DNA of 64,000 bases from the human T2T-CHM13v2.0 reference genome, Homo sapiens. Shown one piece after another: positions 1 to 14,533 of this stretch. Location: assembly GCF_009914755.1 (NCBI RefSeq), contig NC_060925.1; one strand, written 5' to 3'. The notes below the pieces were generated by a model. That model was given only the letters and a program-made list of their open reading frames with translations, searched no databases and was not told the origin of the DNA. How positions within the stretch are numbered: position 1 is the first letter of the stretch; each line of letters begins with the position of its first letter. The position numbers and the translations under genes are program-made.

Positions 1-164
1 AGGTTTTCATACCATTTCTTTCTGCTGGCATTTCATCTTTCATCATATATTTAATACAGTATAATCTTGAGTAAGCCATACATCATTTTTATAAAGTTAG
101 TAATGTCTGTTACAACATATTATGAGATCTTTGGGACAGAAATGCTGAGTCAACAGAAACATTA

Positions 165-325
165 TCCTTTCAACAAACATGCACTGAGTACGTATGATTG
201 AAGCACTATGTGTTAGGCTCCCTGAGTGATACAGAGATAAGCGAGACAATTATCTAGGTCTAGGAGCTGACAATGCAGTGTATTGGATGGAAACGAGGTA
301 TGGGGGAAGTGTAGAGGAGGGCATA
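165..325 (-). mobile_element. L2 3' end fragment
   Basis: ttcaacaaacat...tgagta...gcactatgtgttagg, degenerate L2 tail in antisense. Confidence 0.5.
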
Positions 326-682
326 ACAGTTAAGACATTTCTTTAGTGCTTTCTTGTACAAAGCAAATGTATGTTTAAATGAGAATCTTATTATTAACTT
401 TATTCTCTCTAACCCTTTATCTCTTCATAATGATTTGTAGTTGGAGATTTTCCAAACCTCAGTGGGCACTGTAAACTCAAAAATTAAGTTAGTTTATTAT
501 CAACTTATTTAAATAGTGTTCTTTAGCTTTGCCTTCACTTTCACTTGCATTGCCAGAGTACTTAATCGTTATTAAGAGATATTTTTTAAAAATTCTACTA
601 TTTGTGTCAGGGTTTTCAACTTTGAAAAATATGCCAAACCATTTCATCGGGAAAAAAAAAGTCCTCAAAGACCCTCTTTTCA

Positions 683-740
683 CCAGTGTTGAGTGTGTGT
701 ATTTTATCCAGTGTTGGGTGTGTGTATTTTATCCAGTGTT
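683..740. repeat. 25-bp tandem duplication (about 2.3 copies)
   Basis: CCAGTGTTG(A/G)GTGTGTGTATTTTAT repeated; CCAGTGTT at 683, 708 and 733. Confidence 0.85.
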
Positions 741-1418
741 ATCTAAATACATGGAGATATACAATTAAATGCAAACTATACTCTTAACTCTCATGACCAT
801 AATCTATTAGAAGCAAACTATAAAATCAATAAAAATGTATATTTGCCATATTAATCTAATGTTATAAATTAGGTTGTCTTCCAGAAAATAAATTACTGCT
901 GACAGTGTGAATATGATACTGAGAGCTACAACACAGATTTTTTTTTGAGCTTTCTTTTAAAAAGCACTATTACAGCTATGTAAAATTAAATTAGGTTCTT
1001 TTTCTGGTGCTTTTTCAGTGCTTGCAATTCCTTTTTTAAAAACTAGGACAATTAAGATTTTATTGTGTGATGCTGGTAAGCATGGAGTAGAATAAAGCAG
1101 GGTATTGTAAATCATTAATCTAAAGGATAGTAATATTTATTTTAATGAAAGGCAATAGAATTATATTAGGCTAGCTTTAAAATAATAGTGGCCATCACTA
1201 GTCGTCTTCTTCACTGGATAAGATAGTTAAAGGAAGGGCATTTGTGTTTTTTGAAGGCATTATATTTCTACAGAGTTATGAGGATCTATAATATATATAA
1301 CAGGCTTTCCCTAACCAACAAGCCCCTTTCTAGGTCTAAGGAAAATCCATGGCACTCTTTCCCACCAAGCCCAGCTTCTCAAGTCTTCTTTACTAGCTCA
1401 TAAGATAAACCAATGGAG

Positions 1419-1844
<426 letters not shown>

Positions 1845-2061
1845 CTATAAATACTGGGGAAATGTGTCATGTTAGCAACATATATTACTACATTTGTTAC
1901 TGAATTTTGGTCACTAGTTATTAGCAAGGAACATATGAAACTAAAGATGCTTCTTGATTTTTTGATACAAAGCATGTAAATTTAAAATTGTATTTCCCAA
2001 TAAGGCATCTCTGGGGAAAATGAATTAATTTGGGCTACTTCTTAGCTTAAACCCTTCACAG

Positions 2062-2331
2062 GGCTGCGTGCAGTGGCTCACCCTTGTTATTCCAGCACTT
2101 TGGGAGGCCGAGGCGGGCAGTTTGCTTGAGCTCAGGATGAGACCAGCCTGGGCAACATGTTGAAACTCCATCTCTACAAAAAATACAGAAATTAGCCGGG
2201 TGTGGTGGTACATGCCTGTAGTCCCAGAGGCTCAGGTGGGAGGATTGCTTGAGCCCGGAGGAGGCAAGATCGCACCACTGCACTCCAGCCTAGATGACAG
2301 AGCCAGACTCTGTCTGAAAAAAAAAAAAAAA
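2062..2331 (+). mobile_element. Alu (AluJ-like) with internal deletions
   Basis: Alu dimer with GGATTGCTTGAGCCC and a poly-A tail. Confidence 0.9.
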
Positions 2332-3922
2332 TTTTTTTTCAAAGGCCTTACCACTTCTTATAGCACCCTCATGATTTTGTTTTTTCTGTGAGAATAGGGT
2401 TCCAGACCTCAAACAATACCTAGCATGCAATAGACCTTCATTAACATTTTAATTTAATTGAACGCTAATTGCATGAATCTGGGCACAACATGTTGGCAGT
2501 AAGTAAATCTTTTCCATTTTTAGTGTATTCTAGGGCAGAGCATTCAAGACTGGAAGTATGAAAGCAAGTTAGAAGAGCAGAAAAATCCAAATTTCACACA
2601 AACCTAATAGTTAGAGTTCAGTTTAACAGACATTTATTCAGTGCTCAACATTTCCCACTGTTCTTGGAAGTCAGTAATATGTAGGGTTGTCTAAAGCCAC
2701 ATTGTTGAATATGTGTAGAATGATGAAAGATATAAGTGATATAAAAAATAATTAAACTCATGATTAAGATTTTGTTTTTTGTTTTTTAACTTGGACTGCA
2801 GAGACATCTCATAAAGACAAGAGCATGAGTATTTCAAGTTTTCTTTTGAAAACTGAGTCATAGATGTTGCATTTCAAGCCAAGGTTTGATCATTCTATAC
2901 TTCATGGCTTTTTAAAATTCTAGTTGCTATAACAACTTTGATATTTCTTTATTATTTTTAGCACTTCAGTTGCCATAACAATAAGATATCCTAAAAAATA
3001 GCAATTTTCTTTTATAAGAGAAAATTTTCTTTTAATTAAAAATGAATGTGAACCAACACTTCTTACCTATAATGTGAACCCATTATTTAAAATGGGTCTG
3101 TGCTCTTCTGTTTTCATACAATTTTAGCAGACTTTTGTAGGAAATATCTTAAGGTTCAACTTTTCTCTCTCTGTTTTTACTGTACAAAAGTTGAAGGGAT
3201 ACAGCTGTTTTGAACCCTTTCTATGAGATAATTCTAATTTTTATGGGATTTCATTGATATAAAAATGAAATGATATAAAAAATTTAATTTCCAGATTTGT
3301 TAGTTTATAAAGCAGGAAAAGATCGTGATTAATGGATAGTTGTAAGCCATGGGAAATATAAGAAACGTTGAAATTTCCTTTTCTCCTGTGTTATTTTTAA
3401 GTGTATTTTCATACCTGTTGCCATACTAAAACAGGTACCTCCTCACTTATCTGGAAATAACTGACAGCTTAAGCCTGAGCTATGGCACTTTACTCATAGA
3501 GCAGTTACCTTTATTTGCTCTTTGAGAAAAAATTCTTATAAGCTTAGTTTCTGATACAGAAGCCTCTAGAAAATAAGGACAGCAAATTAGAACAGGAAGG
3601 AGGGGCTATGCTGTGTTTGCTATGCACATAGATTCATAAAATATAGAGTTATGTATTATTTTTAAGGTACCTAATTCTTATGGAAATCAAACAAATCCAG
3701 CAGCTACAAAGGTATGATTGTATCAGAAGACAGTATTCGAATTGATGTTAATAGTGATGATCCTAGGCTACCAAATATTAAATTATGTCAGAATTCTTGG
3801 TTTAAGAAGACAGAGGAATAGATAATACATCTTTTAAGAATTTAGATGCCTAATGTAATAGAGTAAAACAATTTTTTTTTAAAAACTTGGGATCATTTTT
3901 CTTTTTCTTTTTTAAAGAAATA

Positions 3923-4310
3923 GTTTCAACTTTTATTTAAGATTCAGGGATACACATGCAGGTTTGTCACATCAGAATATTGCATGATGCTGAGGTTTGG
4001 GGTATGGTTGATCCCTTCACCCAGGTAGTGAGCATAGTACCCATAGTTTTTTAAGCCTTACTTTCCTCTCTCCTTCCTAACTCTATTAGTTCCCAGCATC
4101 TATTGTTGCTATCTTTATGTCCATGAGTACCCAATATTTACTTCCTACTTACAAGTGAGAACATGGGTTTTTGGTTTTCTATTCTTGCATTAATTTGCTT
4201 AGGATAATAGCCTCTGGTCGCATCCATTCTCCTGCAAAAGATATGATTTAATTTTTTATGGCTGTGTAGTATCGCATGTTGTCTGTGTACCACATTTCTT
4301 TGTCCAGTCT
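3923..4310 (-). mobile_element. Old L1P (L1PA13-16/L1PB-like) 3' UTR fragment
   Basis: ttcaacttttatttaagattcaggg...acaagtgagaacatg, antisense L1 3' end. Confidence 0.8.
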
Positions 4311-4482
4311 GCTAGCATAAAACATAATATTAAAAATCAATTTTAAAAAGCCCCCCATTTATCTGGGAAATGTAAGATCCACGTACCTTAGGTTTTCGTA
4401 GACTAAGCCTTGGTAATTTTTATGTTACTTTATTGCTAATCACAGGATTTTCCTAAAAAACATGGTCAGGTTCAGACAATGA

Positions 4483-4793
<311 letters not shown>

Positions 4794-4989
4794 TGATATT
4801 TCTTTTCTTTAATGTACTTTAAAAAAGGAATGGTGAGGGAGTTGGCAATTCAATAGAAAAGAGAAAGTGTTATTATTAATTTCCAAAACTCAGCATGTTA
4901 CCTGTGGTTGCAGTTTCTGAAGGAAAAACGATTAGATAGAAATCTTACTGATGGTAAAATAATATGCTTATCTTACTATCAGTGAGCTT

Positions 4990-5195
4990 TGAATGAATAG
5001 CCACTGTATGCTTTACATGCTTTAAGTTTTAGTTTTCATAACCAACTTTTAAAGGTAAGTATTATTATCTCCATTTTAAAGATAGAAGCTGAGATACATG
5101 GAGAGAAAGATATACCCAAGGCCTCATAGTTAATGAGTGGTGCAGCCATCATGCCAACCCAAATCTGTCTGACTATAAAGCCTACATTCTTTCCT
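4990..5195 (-). mobile_element. MIR
   Basis: attattatctccattttaaagat...cccaagg...tctgtctgact MIR core. Confidence 0.65.
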
Positions 5196-6060
5196 CTAAG
5201 TCATAGTATCTCCTTGTCTTCAAACTTAATAAATGTTTATTAAAGGTAATAACATACCTAGAGGAAAATATGAGAAGAAAGGTCATACTGTGTATGGTTT
5301 TATTTTATTGCTCTGCATACTGTTTTGACCTATTAATTTTGTTTTAAACACATATTTTGTGTTTGAGACTTTCTCCCACTAAGAAGGTGGTAAATATACA
5401 CGTAAATTAGTATTTTTGTCTCCATTTTTCTTTATGATCGAGAAACATAGTGGAACCTCTCAAAGTTTTTGCTTACTTGGCCCATTGTCTTAGATCTCAG
5501 CTAGCTAGGGCAGTCTCAAAGTGTTGTATAACTGGCATTTGATATGTCTTTTCTCAGTGTCTCACTTGCAGCTGGGCTGTTGTGTCTTGAGTACAAACAC
5601 TGAGCCATGAGTCAGATATACTGATTGAGTGTGAAAGTATGTGCAGGCTGGATATACTTACTCCATCCACCAGTATCTGTTCTTTTAGACATTTTAGTAG
5701 CTCTCATTCTTTATGGCACATTGCTACAAAGGATTCTGGTATGTTTCTTTTTAAATATCATTATACTATATAATTTCCTGGCAATGCCTTAAAATTCACT
5801 CAAATAATTTAGGGCTCTCATTTCGTGGCTTTACACAGAACTCGAACACTTGATTACATGCAAATGCCATCTCAGCCTTTTCAGTCTCTTCAGCTATAAC
5901 TTACACAGGTCTTAAATGATACATTTTAATGAGCTTTGACATGCATGCATGTGTGTAACCACATGTATCAAGATACAGAATGTTTCCCTCTTCCCTGAAA
6001 GTTCCCTCATACCTCTTGCCAGTCTTGACTGGTACATGTGTGCACATGAGCGCATGCGTG

Positions 6061-6061
<1 letters not shown>

Positions 6062-6114
<53 letters not shown>
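6062..6114. repeat. (CA)n microsatellite
   Basis: About 23 uninterrupted CA units. Confidence 0.97.
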
Positions 6115-6118
<4 letters not shown>

Positions 6119-6995
6119 GCCTGGGGCAACTAGGGTTCTGATTTCTTTCAGCAAAAATTAGTTTTTCCCATTTCAGAACTTCATATAAAATCATGCAATG
6201 TGTATTCTTCAATGTATGGCTTCTTTCCTTTAGTTTTAAGATTCATCCATGTTATGTGTGTCTTTAGTGTTGTTCCTTTTCATTGCTATATTTCATTGTA
6301 TGGAAATATCACGGTTTGTTTATTCATTCCCCTGTTGATGGATGTGCGTGGGCTGTTTCTGGTTTTGGCTATTTCATTTTTATACATACTGCTATGAAGA
6401 TTTTTATGCAAGTCTTTTGTGGACAATATGTTTTCCTTTCTATTGGAAGGAATTGATGGGAGAGATAGGGTAGATTTTCTTTTAATGTCATAAGAAAATT
6501 CCAAACTGTTTGTCAAAGTTTTCAAAGTTGAGCCATTTTACACTACTACCAGCAGTGTATGGTTTCAGTTGTTCTATATCCCTACCAACATTGTACTGTC
6601 AGTCTTTTAGTTTTAGCCATTCTAGTGGGTATATATTGGTATCTCATTGTGGGTGTATATTGGTATCTCATCTATTTTGCCTTTTCCTGATGACTGTGGG
6701 TGCTGAGCATTTTTTCATTTTCTTAATGGTTATTTGTATATCTTCTTTTGTGAAGTGTCTTCCAGTTTTTTCACCATTTTAATTGGATTATTTGTATTCA
6801 TATTAACAAATTGTAGGAGTCAGTTATATATTTTGGATGCAACTCCTTTGTTAGACATATGTTTTGCTAATACTGTCTTTGGCTTGCTGATTTTCTTAAT
6901 GATGTCTTTTGCTAAGCAGAACATTTATTTTAAGTATATTTTATTAAACTTTTTTATAGTTATTGCTTCCAGTATCCTAATAAGTCTTTGTCTAT

Positions 6996-7277
6996 TTTTT
7001 AAGAGACACAGTCTTGCTCTGTCACCTAGGCTGGAGTGTGTTGGCATGACCATAGCTCACTGTAGCTTAGAACTCTGGACTGAAGCAGTCCTCCTGCCTC
7101 AGCTTGCAGGTAGCTGAGACTACAGGTGTGCACCACCACACCCAGCTAAATTTTGTTTTTGGTACGAACAAGGTCTTGCTATGTTGCCCAGGCTTGTCTT
7201 GAACTCCTGGGCTCAAGTGATCCTCCTCGTTAGGCCTCCCAAAGTGCTGGGATTATAAGTGTGAGCCACTGCACCTG
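6996..7277 (-). mobile_element. Alu (AluJ-like)
   Basis: Antisense Alu with ctcctgggctcaagtgatcctc. Confidence 0.9.
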
Positions 7278-7618
7278 TTCATCTTTGTCTATCCTTAAGT
7301 TATGAAGACATTCTTCTTCTAGAATGTTTTCCTTTAGAAGCTATATATTTGCAGTTTCAATTTTTTTTTGTTTAGATCTATGATCCATATCATTTAAATT
7401 TTTCTATATATTGTGAGGACATGGTCTAAGTTAATTTTTCCCCAGAAGATTATTCAAATTTTTCTAATACCATTTACTGAGAAAATTTTCCTTTTTCCTT
7501 GATTTGTTTTAGAATTTTTAATTGAAATTCAGTTGACCATATAAGTGTGGGTTTATTTTTAGACTTTCTTCTTCTCACTGATCATTTTGTATATTCTTTA
7601 TGCAAGATCTTAACTCTT

Positions 7619-10130
7619 TTTTTTATTATTATTATACTTTAAGTTTTAGGGTACATGTACACAACGTGCAGGTTTGTTACATATGTATACATGTGCCATG
7701 TTGGTGTGCTGCACCCATTAACTCGTCATTTAGCATTAGGTACATCTCCTAATGCTATCCCTCCCCTCTCCCCCGACACCACAACCGTCCCCGGTGTGTG
7801 ATGTTCCCCTTCCTGTGTCCATGTGTTCTCATTGTTCGATTCCCACCTATGAGTGAAAACATGCAGTGTTTGATTTTTTGTCCTTGCTACAGTTTTCTGA
7901 GAATGATGGTTTCCAGCTTCATCCGTGTCCCTACAAAGGACATGAACTCATCATTTTTTATGGCTGCATAGTATTCCATGGTGTATATGTGCCACATTTT
8001 CTTAATCTAGTCTATCATTGTTGGACATTTGGGTTGGTTCCAAGTCTTTGCTATTTTGAATAGTGCCACAATAACCATACATGTGCATGTGTCTTTATAG
8101 CAGCATGATTTATAATCCTTTGGGTATATACCCAGTAATGGGATGGCTGGGTCAAATGGTATTTCTAGTTCTACATCCCTGAGGAATTGCCACACTGACT
8201 TCCACAATGGTTGAACTAGTTTATAGTCCCACCAACAGTGTAAAAGTGTTCTGTTTCTCCACATCCTCTCCAGCACCTGTTGTTTCCTGACTTTTTAATG
8301 ATCGCCATTCTAACTGGTGTGAGATGGTATCTCATTGTGGTTTTGATTTGCATTTCTCTGATGGCCAGTCATGATGAGCATTTTTTCATGTGTTTTTTGG
8401 CTGCATAAATGTCTTCTTTTGAGAAGTGTCTGTTCATATCCTTCACCCACTTTTTGATGGGGTTGTTTGTTTTTTTCTTGTAAATTTGTTTGAGTTCATT
8501 GTAGATTCTAGATATTAGCCCTTTGTCAGATGAGTAGGCTGCAAAAATTTTCTCCCATTTTGTAGGTTGCCTGTTCACTCTGATGGTAGTTTCTTTTGCT
8601 GTGCAGAAGCTCTTTAGTTTAATTAGATCCCGTTTGTCAATTTTGGCTTTTGTTGCCATTGCTTTTGGTGTTTTAGACATGAAGTCCTTGTCCATGCCTA
8701 TGCTTGAGATCTCAGAATGGGCAGACTGCCTCCTCAAGTGGGTCCCTGACCCCTGAGTAGCCTAATTGGGAGGCAACCCCCCAGTAGGGGCAGACTGAAA
8801 CCTCACACAGCCAGGTACTCCTCTGAGACAAAACTTCCAGAGGAACGATCAGGCAGCAGCATTTGCGGTTCAACAATATCTGCTGTTCTGCAGCCACCGC
8901 TGCTGATACCCAGGCAAACAGGGTCTGGAGTGGACCTCCAGGAAACTCCAACAGATCTGCAGCTGAGGGTCCTGACTGTTAGAAGGAAAACTAACAAACA
9001 GAAAGGACATCCACACCAAAAACCCATCTGTACGTCACCATCATCAAAGACCAAAGGTAGATAAAACCACAAAGATGGGGAGAAAACAGAGCAGAAAAAC
9101 CGGAAACTCTAAAAATCAGAGTGCCTCTCCTCCTCCAAAGGAACGCAGCTCCTCACCAGCAACGGAACAAAACTGGACAGAGAATGACTTTGATGAGTTG
9201 AGAGAGGAAGGCTTCAGAAGATCAAACTACTCCGAGCTAAAGGAGGAAGTTCGAACCAATGGCAAAGAAGTTAAAAACTTTGAAAAAAAATTAGATGAAT
9301 GGATAACTAGAATAACCAATGCAGGGAAGTCCTTAAAGGACCTGATGGAGCTGAAAACCATGGCACGAGAGCTATGTGACGAATGCACGAGCCTCAGTAA
9401 CCGATTCGATCAACTGGAAGAAAGGGTATCAGCGATGGAAGACGAAATGAATAAAATGAAGCGTGAAGAGAAGTTTAGAGAAAAAAGAATAAAAAGAAAT
9501 GAACAAAGCCTCCAAGAAATATGGGACTATGTGAGAAGACCAAACCTACGTGTAATTGGTGTACCTGAAAGTGACGGGGAGAATGGAACCAAGTTGGAAA
9601 ACACTCTGCAGGATATTATCCAGGAGAACTTCCCCAATCTAGCAAGGCAGACCAACATTCAAATTCAGGAAATACAGAGAAAACCACAAAGATACTCCTC
9701 GAGAAGAGCAACTCCAAGACACATAATTGTCAGATTTACCACAGTGGAAATGAAGGAAAAAATGTTAAGGGCAGCCAGAGAGAAAGGTCGGGTTACCCAC
9801 AAAGGGAAGCCCATCAGACTAACAGCTGATCTCTCGGCAGAAACCCTACAAGCCAGAAGAGAGTGGGGGCCAATATTCAACATTCTTAAAGAAAAGAATT
9901 TTCAACCCAGAATTTCATATCCAGCCAAACTAAGCTTCATAAGTGAAGGAGAAATAAACTCCTTTACAGACAAGCAAATGCTGAGAGATTTTGTCACCAC
10001 CAGACCTGCCCTAAAAGAGCTCCTGAAGGAAGCACTAAACATGGAAAGGAACAACCGGTACCAGCCACTGCAAAAACATGCCAAATTGTAAAGACCATCG
10101 AGGCTAGGAAGAAACTGCATCAACTAACGA
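7619..10130 (-). mobile_element. 5'-inverted (twin-primed) L1PA, about L1PA4-5: antisense 3' part 7619-8702 plus inverted 5'UTR/ORF1 part 8703-10130
   Basis: 17-bp perfect TSD GCAAGATCTTAACTCTT at 7602-7618 and 10131-10147; T-rich tail at left; orientation switch near 8703. Confidence 0.95.
9075..10091 (+). CDS. Intact LINE-1 ORF1p (338 aa RNA-binding/nucleic acid chaperone)
   Basis: Full-length MGRKQSRKTGNSKNQS...QKHAKL with coiled coil, REKG, ARREWG and YPAKLS motifs; expression unproven. Confidence 0.9.
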   Translation: MGRKQSRKTGNSKNQSASPPPKERSSSPATEQNWTENDFDELREEGFRRSNYSELKEEVRTNGKEVKNFEKKLDEWITRITNAGKSLKDLMELKTMARELCDECTSLSNRFDQLEERVSAMEDEMNKMKREEKFREKRIKRNEQSLQEIWDYVRRPNLRVIGVPESDGENGTKLENTLQDIIQENFPNLARQTNIQIQEIQRKPQRYSSRRATPRHIIVRFTTVEMKEKMLRAAREKGRVTHKGKPIRLTADLSAETLQARREWGPIFNILKEKNFQPRISYPAKLSFISEGEINSFTDKQMLRDFVTTRPALKELLKEALNMERNNRYQPLQKHAKL

Positions 10131-10399
10131 GCAAGATCTTAACTCTTAAGGCTTTATAGTATGTCTTGAAATCAGGTTGTGCCAGTCTTTCAACTTTGTT
10201 TTTTGTTTTTTCTCTTTCCCAAGATCGTTTTAGCTCTCTTAGATCCTTTGTGTTTACATATAGATTTTAGAATTAGTAGCTTGTCAGTTCTACAAAAAGC
10301 TGCTTGGATTTGAATTGCAATAGCAATGAATCTGAAGATCAATTTGAGAAAAATTGACGTTCTTAACAATATTGATTCTCCCATTGCATAAAGCTAGTA

Positions 10400-10696
<297 letters not shown>

Positions 10697-10752
<56 letters not shown>
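10697..10752. repeat. (TG)n(TA)n microsatellite at the Alu tail
   Basis: About 6 TG then about 22 TA units. Confidence 0.95.
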
Positions 10753-10754
<2 letters not shown>

Positions 10755-11754
10755 CTTTTTAATTTTTCTCAAATGACATTTTATAGTTTTCAGAGTAGAG
10801 GTTTTATACATTTTCACCTACTTTCTGTTTTTCAAGGCTACTTTAAATGATTTATTGTTTTTAAATTTTGTTTCCTACTGTTTCTTACAAGTATATCGAA
10901 ATGCAATGATTTTTATATATTGACCTGTGTTCCGACAAAATTTATTCATTAATTCTAGTGGGCTCTTGGGAAGACATTTTAGTATTTCTTATGTGCACAA
11001 TTATATCTTCCTTTTCTTGTATGGCTTTTTTTTTTCTTGCCTGTTAAACTGGCTGGGACCTCTAGTACAATGTGTATAGATGTGTAAGAGCAGATATCCT
11101 TCCTTTTTTCCCAGTCTCGGGAAGAAAGCATTTAATATTTCACCATTAAATATTTCACCATTAAATATTATGCTAGATGTAGGTTTTCCCATAAAGTGTC
11201 TTTATCAGGTTGAGGAAGTTTTCTTTTGTAGTGCCACTAAATTAACTTTTCTTAAATATTCTTAGTTGCTAATAATTTGTCTCATAATGAAATGAAATTG
11301 ACAACATGAAATTGTTTTCTGCTCTTGAGCGGTCACTAAATCAGTAGATTGTGATATGTTTCACTTCAGAGGGTTTATTTGATTCTTGGCACTTAGACCA
11401 AGTTGCTTTAATACTACAGTTGATAGTACATTTAAAGTGCATTGGTACTGTATTTTGCAGCATTTGGCATTTTTTAGATGATAAGTAATTAAATAATCAT
11501 TGTCAATTGCTAGATAGGACTTTTCAAAGCACTAGTGAAATACTCAGTTTAGTTTAGGGAGATTTATAGATGACTAATACTGCCCTTCATTTGAATATAT
11601 TAGGAGGTTAATTCCCCCTCCCACAATTGGGAAATGCATTTTCTAGCTTTTTCTTGTGAAGTTTGTGTATTCTGAGCTTCACATAGACTGGGTGTTAGTG
11701 TTTTTCAGTCCTTTGATAGACTCTTTTAGCTATTTTATGTGCTTTATATTAAAA

Positions 11755-12470
11755 TTATGTTAAACACTTATTTGTTCGACACCTATTCTGTGTCTAGCAC
11801 CGCAGTGTAGGCACTTGAAATGCAATGGCAAAGAAAGCAGATGTTGCTCTCCTCATGGGACTTGTAATCTAGTCAAGAAGACAAAGGTGAATGAAGTAAA
11901 TAATTATAAACTATAATATGTGTAGAATCTGGTCTGGTTCCCTGTGAGAACTCAAGGAAGATTTCCCAGAGGAAGTGGTGTTAAAACTGAGACCTAAAGA
12001 TTGCATCTGAATTAAATAAAAAGAAGTGTGATGGCCTAGTAAGCAGTTATAAATATCCTGAGGCCGTAGGGAACATAGCAAATATATTTGTGACTGGTGG
12101 GTGAGGGATATGAGTTGGTGGGGAGGTAGAGGTAGTTTAGCTAATCCTAAACAACATAGAAGAGAAGTGAGACTGGATGGATGCATAGAGACCAGTTTTT
12201 GTAGCACCTATTAAGATCTTATCATAAGGGCAATGTAAAACCAGTGAAGTATTTTAAAACAGAAGCAACGCGATCTGGTTTGCATTGTGGAAAAAAATAT
12301 TTTGTCTCTTTTGTGAATAATGGATTGAAGAGAGACTACAAACAACTCAAGGCCACATTGGAAGCCACTACAGGTGTCTAAGCACAAGATGATGCTGGTT
12401 TGCTAGGGTAATGATAGTGAAGATGGAGAAAAGTTACCAGGTAGGAGAAGTAGTTGAGGAAATAGGTAAA
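11755..12470 (-). mobile_element. L2 3' region
   Basis: cacctattctgtgtctagcac...ctgagacctaaaga...gatctggtttgcatt, antisense L2. Confidence 0.7.
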
Positions 12471-12548
12471 TTCTGAATGCGTAAGCCTTTTGGTACATTT
12501 TTAAATTTATTGAAGGACAACAGGTTTACTTTAGTCTCTATTTGTTTA

Positions 12549-12830
12549 TTTTTTTATTTTTATTTTTTGAGACAGTCTCACTCTGTTGCTCAGGCTGGAG
12601 TGCACGGTGGCGTGATCTCTGCTCACTGTAAGCAATTCTCATGCCTCAGCCTCCTGAGTAGCTGGGATTACAGGCGTGCACCACCATGCCTGGCTAATTT
12701 TTTGTATTTTTAGTAGAGGCAGGGCTTCACCATATTGGCCAGGCTGGTCTTGAACTCCTGACCTCAAGTTGATCTGCCCGCCTGGGCCTTCCAAAGTCCT
12801 GGGATTACAGGTGTGAGCTACCCTGACTGG
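12549..12830 (-). mobile_element. Alu (AluS) with a small deletion
   Basis: TSD TCTCTATTTGTTTA at 12535-12548 and 12831-12844. Confidence 0.93.
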
Positions 12831-13427
12831 TCTCTATTTGTTTACCTTCTTTGATACTATATTGCTTGTATAGTTCTCTTTGATAGGCATTGCCTACTGT
12901 TTATCCTATTTGCCATTGATGGCTAATGGTCCTTTCTGGCTTTGCTGTTTAAGTTCTATTGAGGAGTAGTTTGAATTGACTGGATGTTTTAATAATGAAA
13001 TATTGATAAATATAAAAGAATAAAAGTATTATATATATATATAAAGAATAAAACATATCCAATATATAAATAAAAAATTAAATGCCTGTGATGTATCATG
13101 TAATAAAGTTATACAGTTTGGGCTGTTTCAAGTAATTCCATATAATGATTCCTCCTAGATATTTTCTGATTAGCATTCATCAGTTGAAAGCAGAAGGAGG
13201 CAGCTGATGATTGTAAAAAAAAATGGCAATAATAAGATACCTAATGACCCCGAAAATGAAGCGAATTATGCCTAATTTAAAAACAAAGAATGCTTTATAT
13301 AGGAAACTATGTAAATATATATTAGTACTCTTTTGTCAGTAAGGCTTCACATTATAAATGTGTTCATATTATAATCCTATCGGAAAAAAGTATGGTAAGA
13401 AAGAAAAGTAAGGAAGCTAGCACAGTC

Positions 13428-13752
<325 letters not shown>

Positions 13753-14533
13753 TGAAGTAGCTAGTACAGTCAGTTGCTAAAAAGAAAAAACTACTTTGAG
13801 CTGCTGAAGCTTTTTTTTTTTTTTTAAAGTTGGTGGAAAGAAAGAGGGAGGCTTAGTGGGTCAAAGGCACTGCTTCTGAAACTCTTCATCTCATGTTTTC
13901 ATCTCCCTTTAGAAGCATGTGCAATTATCAATTATTTATAGTATTTGTAGATTCAAATAGCTACCAGTGATTATTTTTGGAAACAAACTAAAGGGATTTA
14001 GTATGTGAAATTTTCTGAATGATATTTTTTGCCATTTTCCTAATTTTATAAATATTATGATTCAAAACTGCTTCAAATATGTGTAATGGCTATACTTTTT
14101 CAATGGTTTGGTAGTAAAGCTTAGCATTTAACTTTTCTTTACAAGGAATGTGGGACCTATCTACATTCACGAATATTTATCAAATATAATTTTATTTTAA
14201 ATATTTATTTTTCTTGTACTAGAGAATATTGTATCTGATTTTGTTTGATTTTAATACTATTATCTCTGAAAGTCAAAATATTTCCCTATAAAATAGGACT
14301 TTCTAGCCTTTTGTATAAAATTTAAATATTGCCTTTTCATCCTTAAACATAGTATTCACTTGAAAATCGTTATTCTAATGTATCTTACAAACGTCTCATT
14401 TCTGGTAATGAGAAATACACTTTCTGTTCTATATTCACCTAAACCTCCAAAGATTTTGGCAGTAACATGGTTTTCTCTGAAAGGAAATTCAACATGGAGG
14501 AAAGAATAGGACCTTCTACTCTTTAGGAATAAT

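Noticed and set aside
683-740. Regularly spaced CCAGTGTT repeats resembling a mini CRISPR
   Set aside because: The spacers are near-identical, so this is a simple tandem duplication in eukaryotic DNA. Similar small duplications occur at about 6624-6671 and 11131-11167.
5901-6212. ORFs with VCVCVC or HTHTHT runs
   Set aside because: Artefacts of the (CA)n microsatellite.
8369-8737. 122-aa - strand ORF spanning the L1 inversion junction
   Set aside because: Chance fusion of antisense 5'UTR to an ORF2 fragment with an early stop; L1 ORF0 lies in the part of the 5'UTR that is missing.
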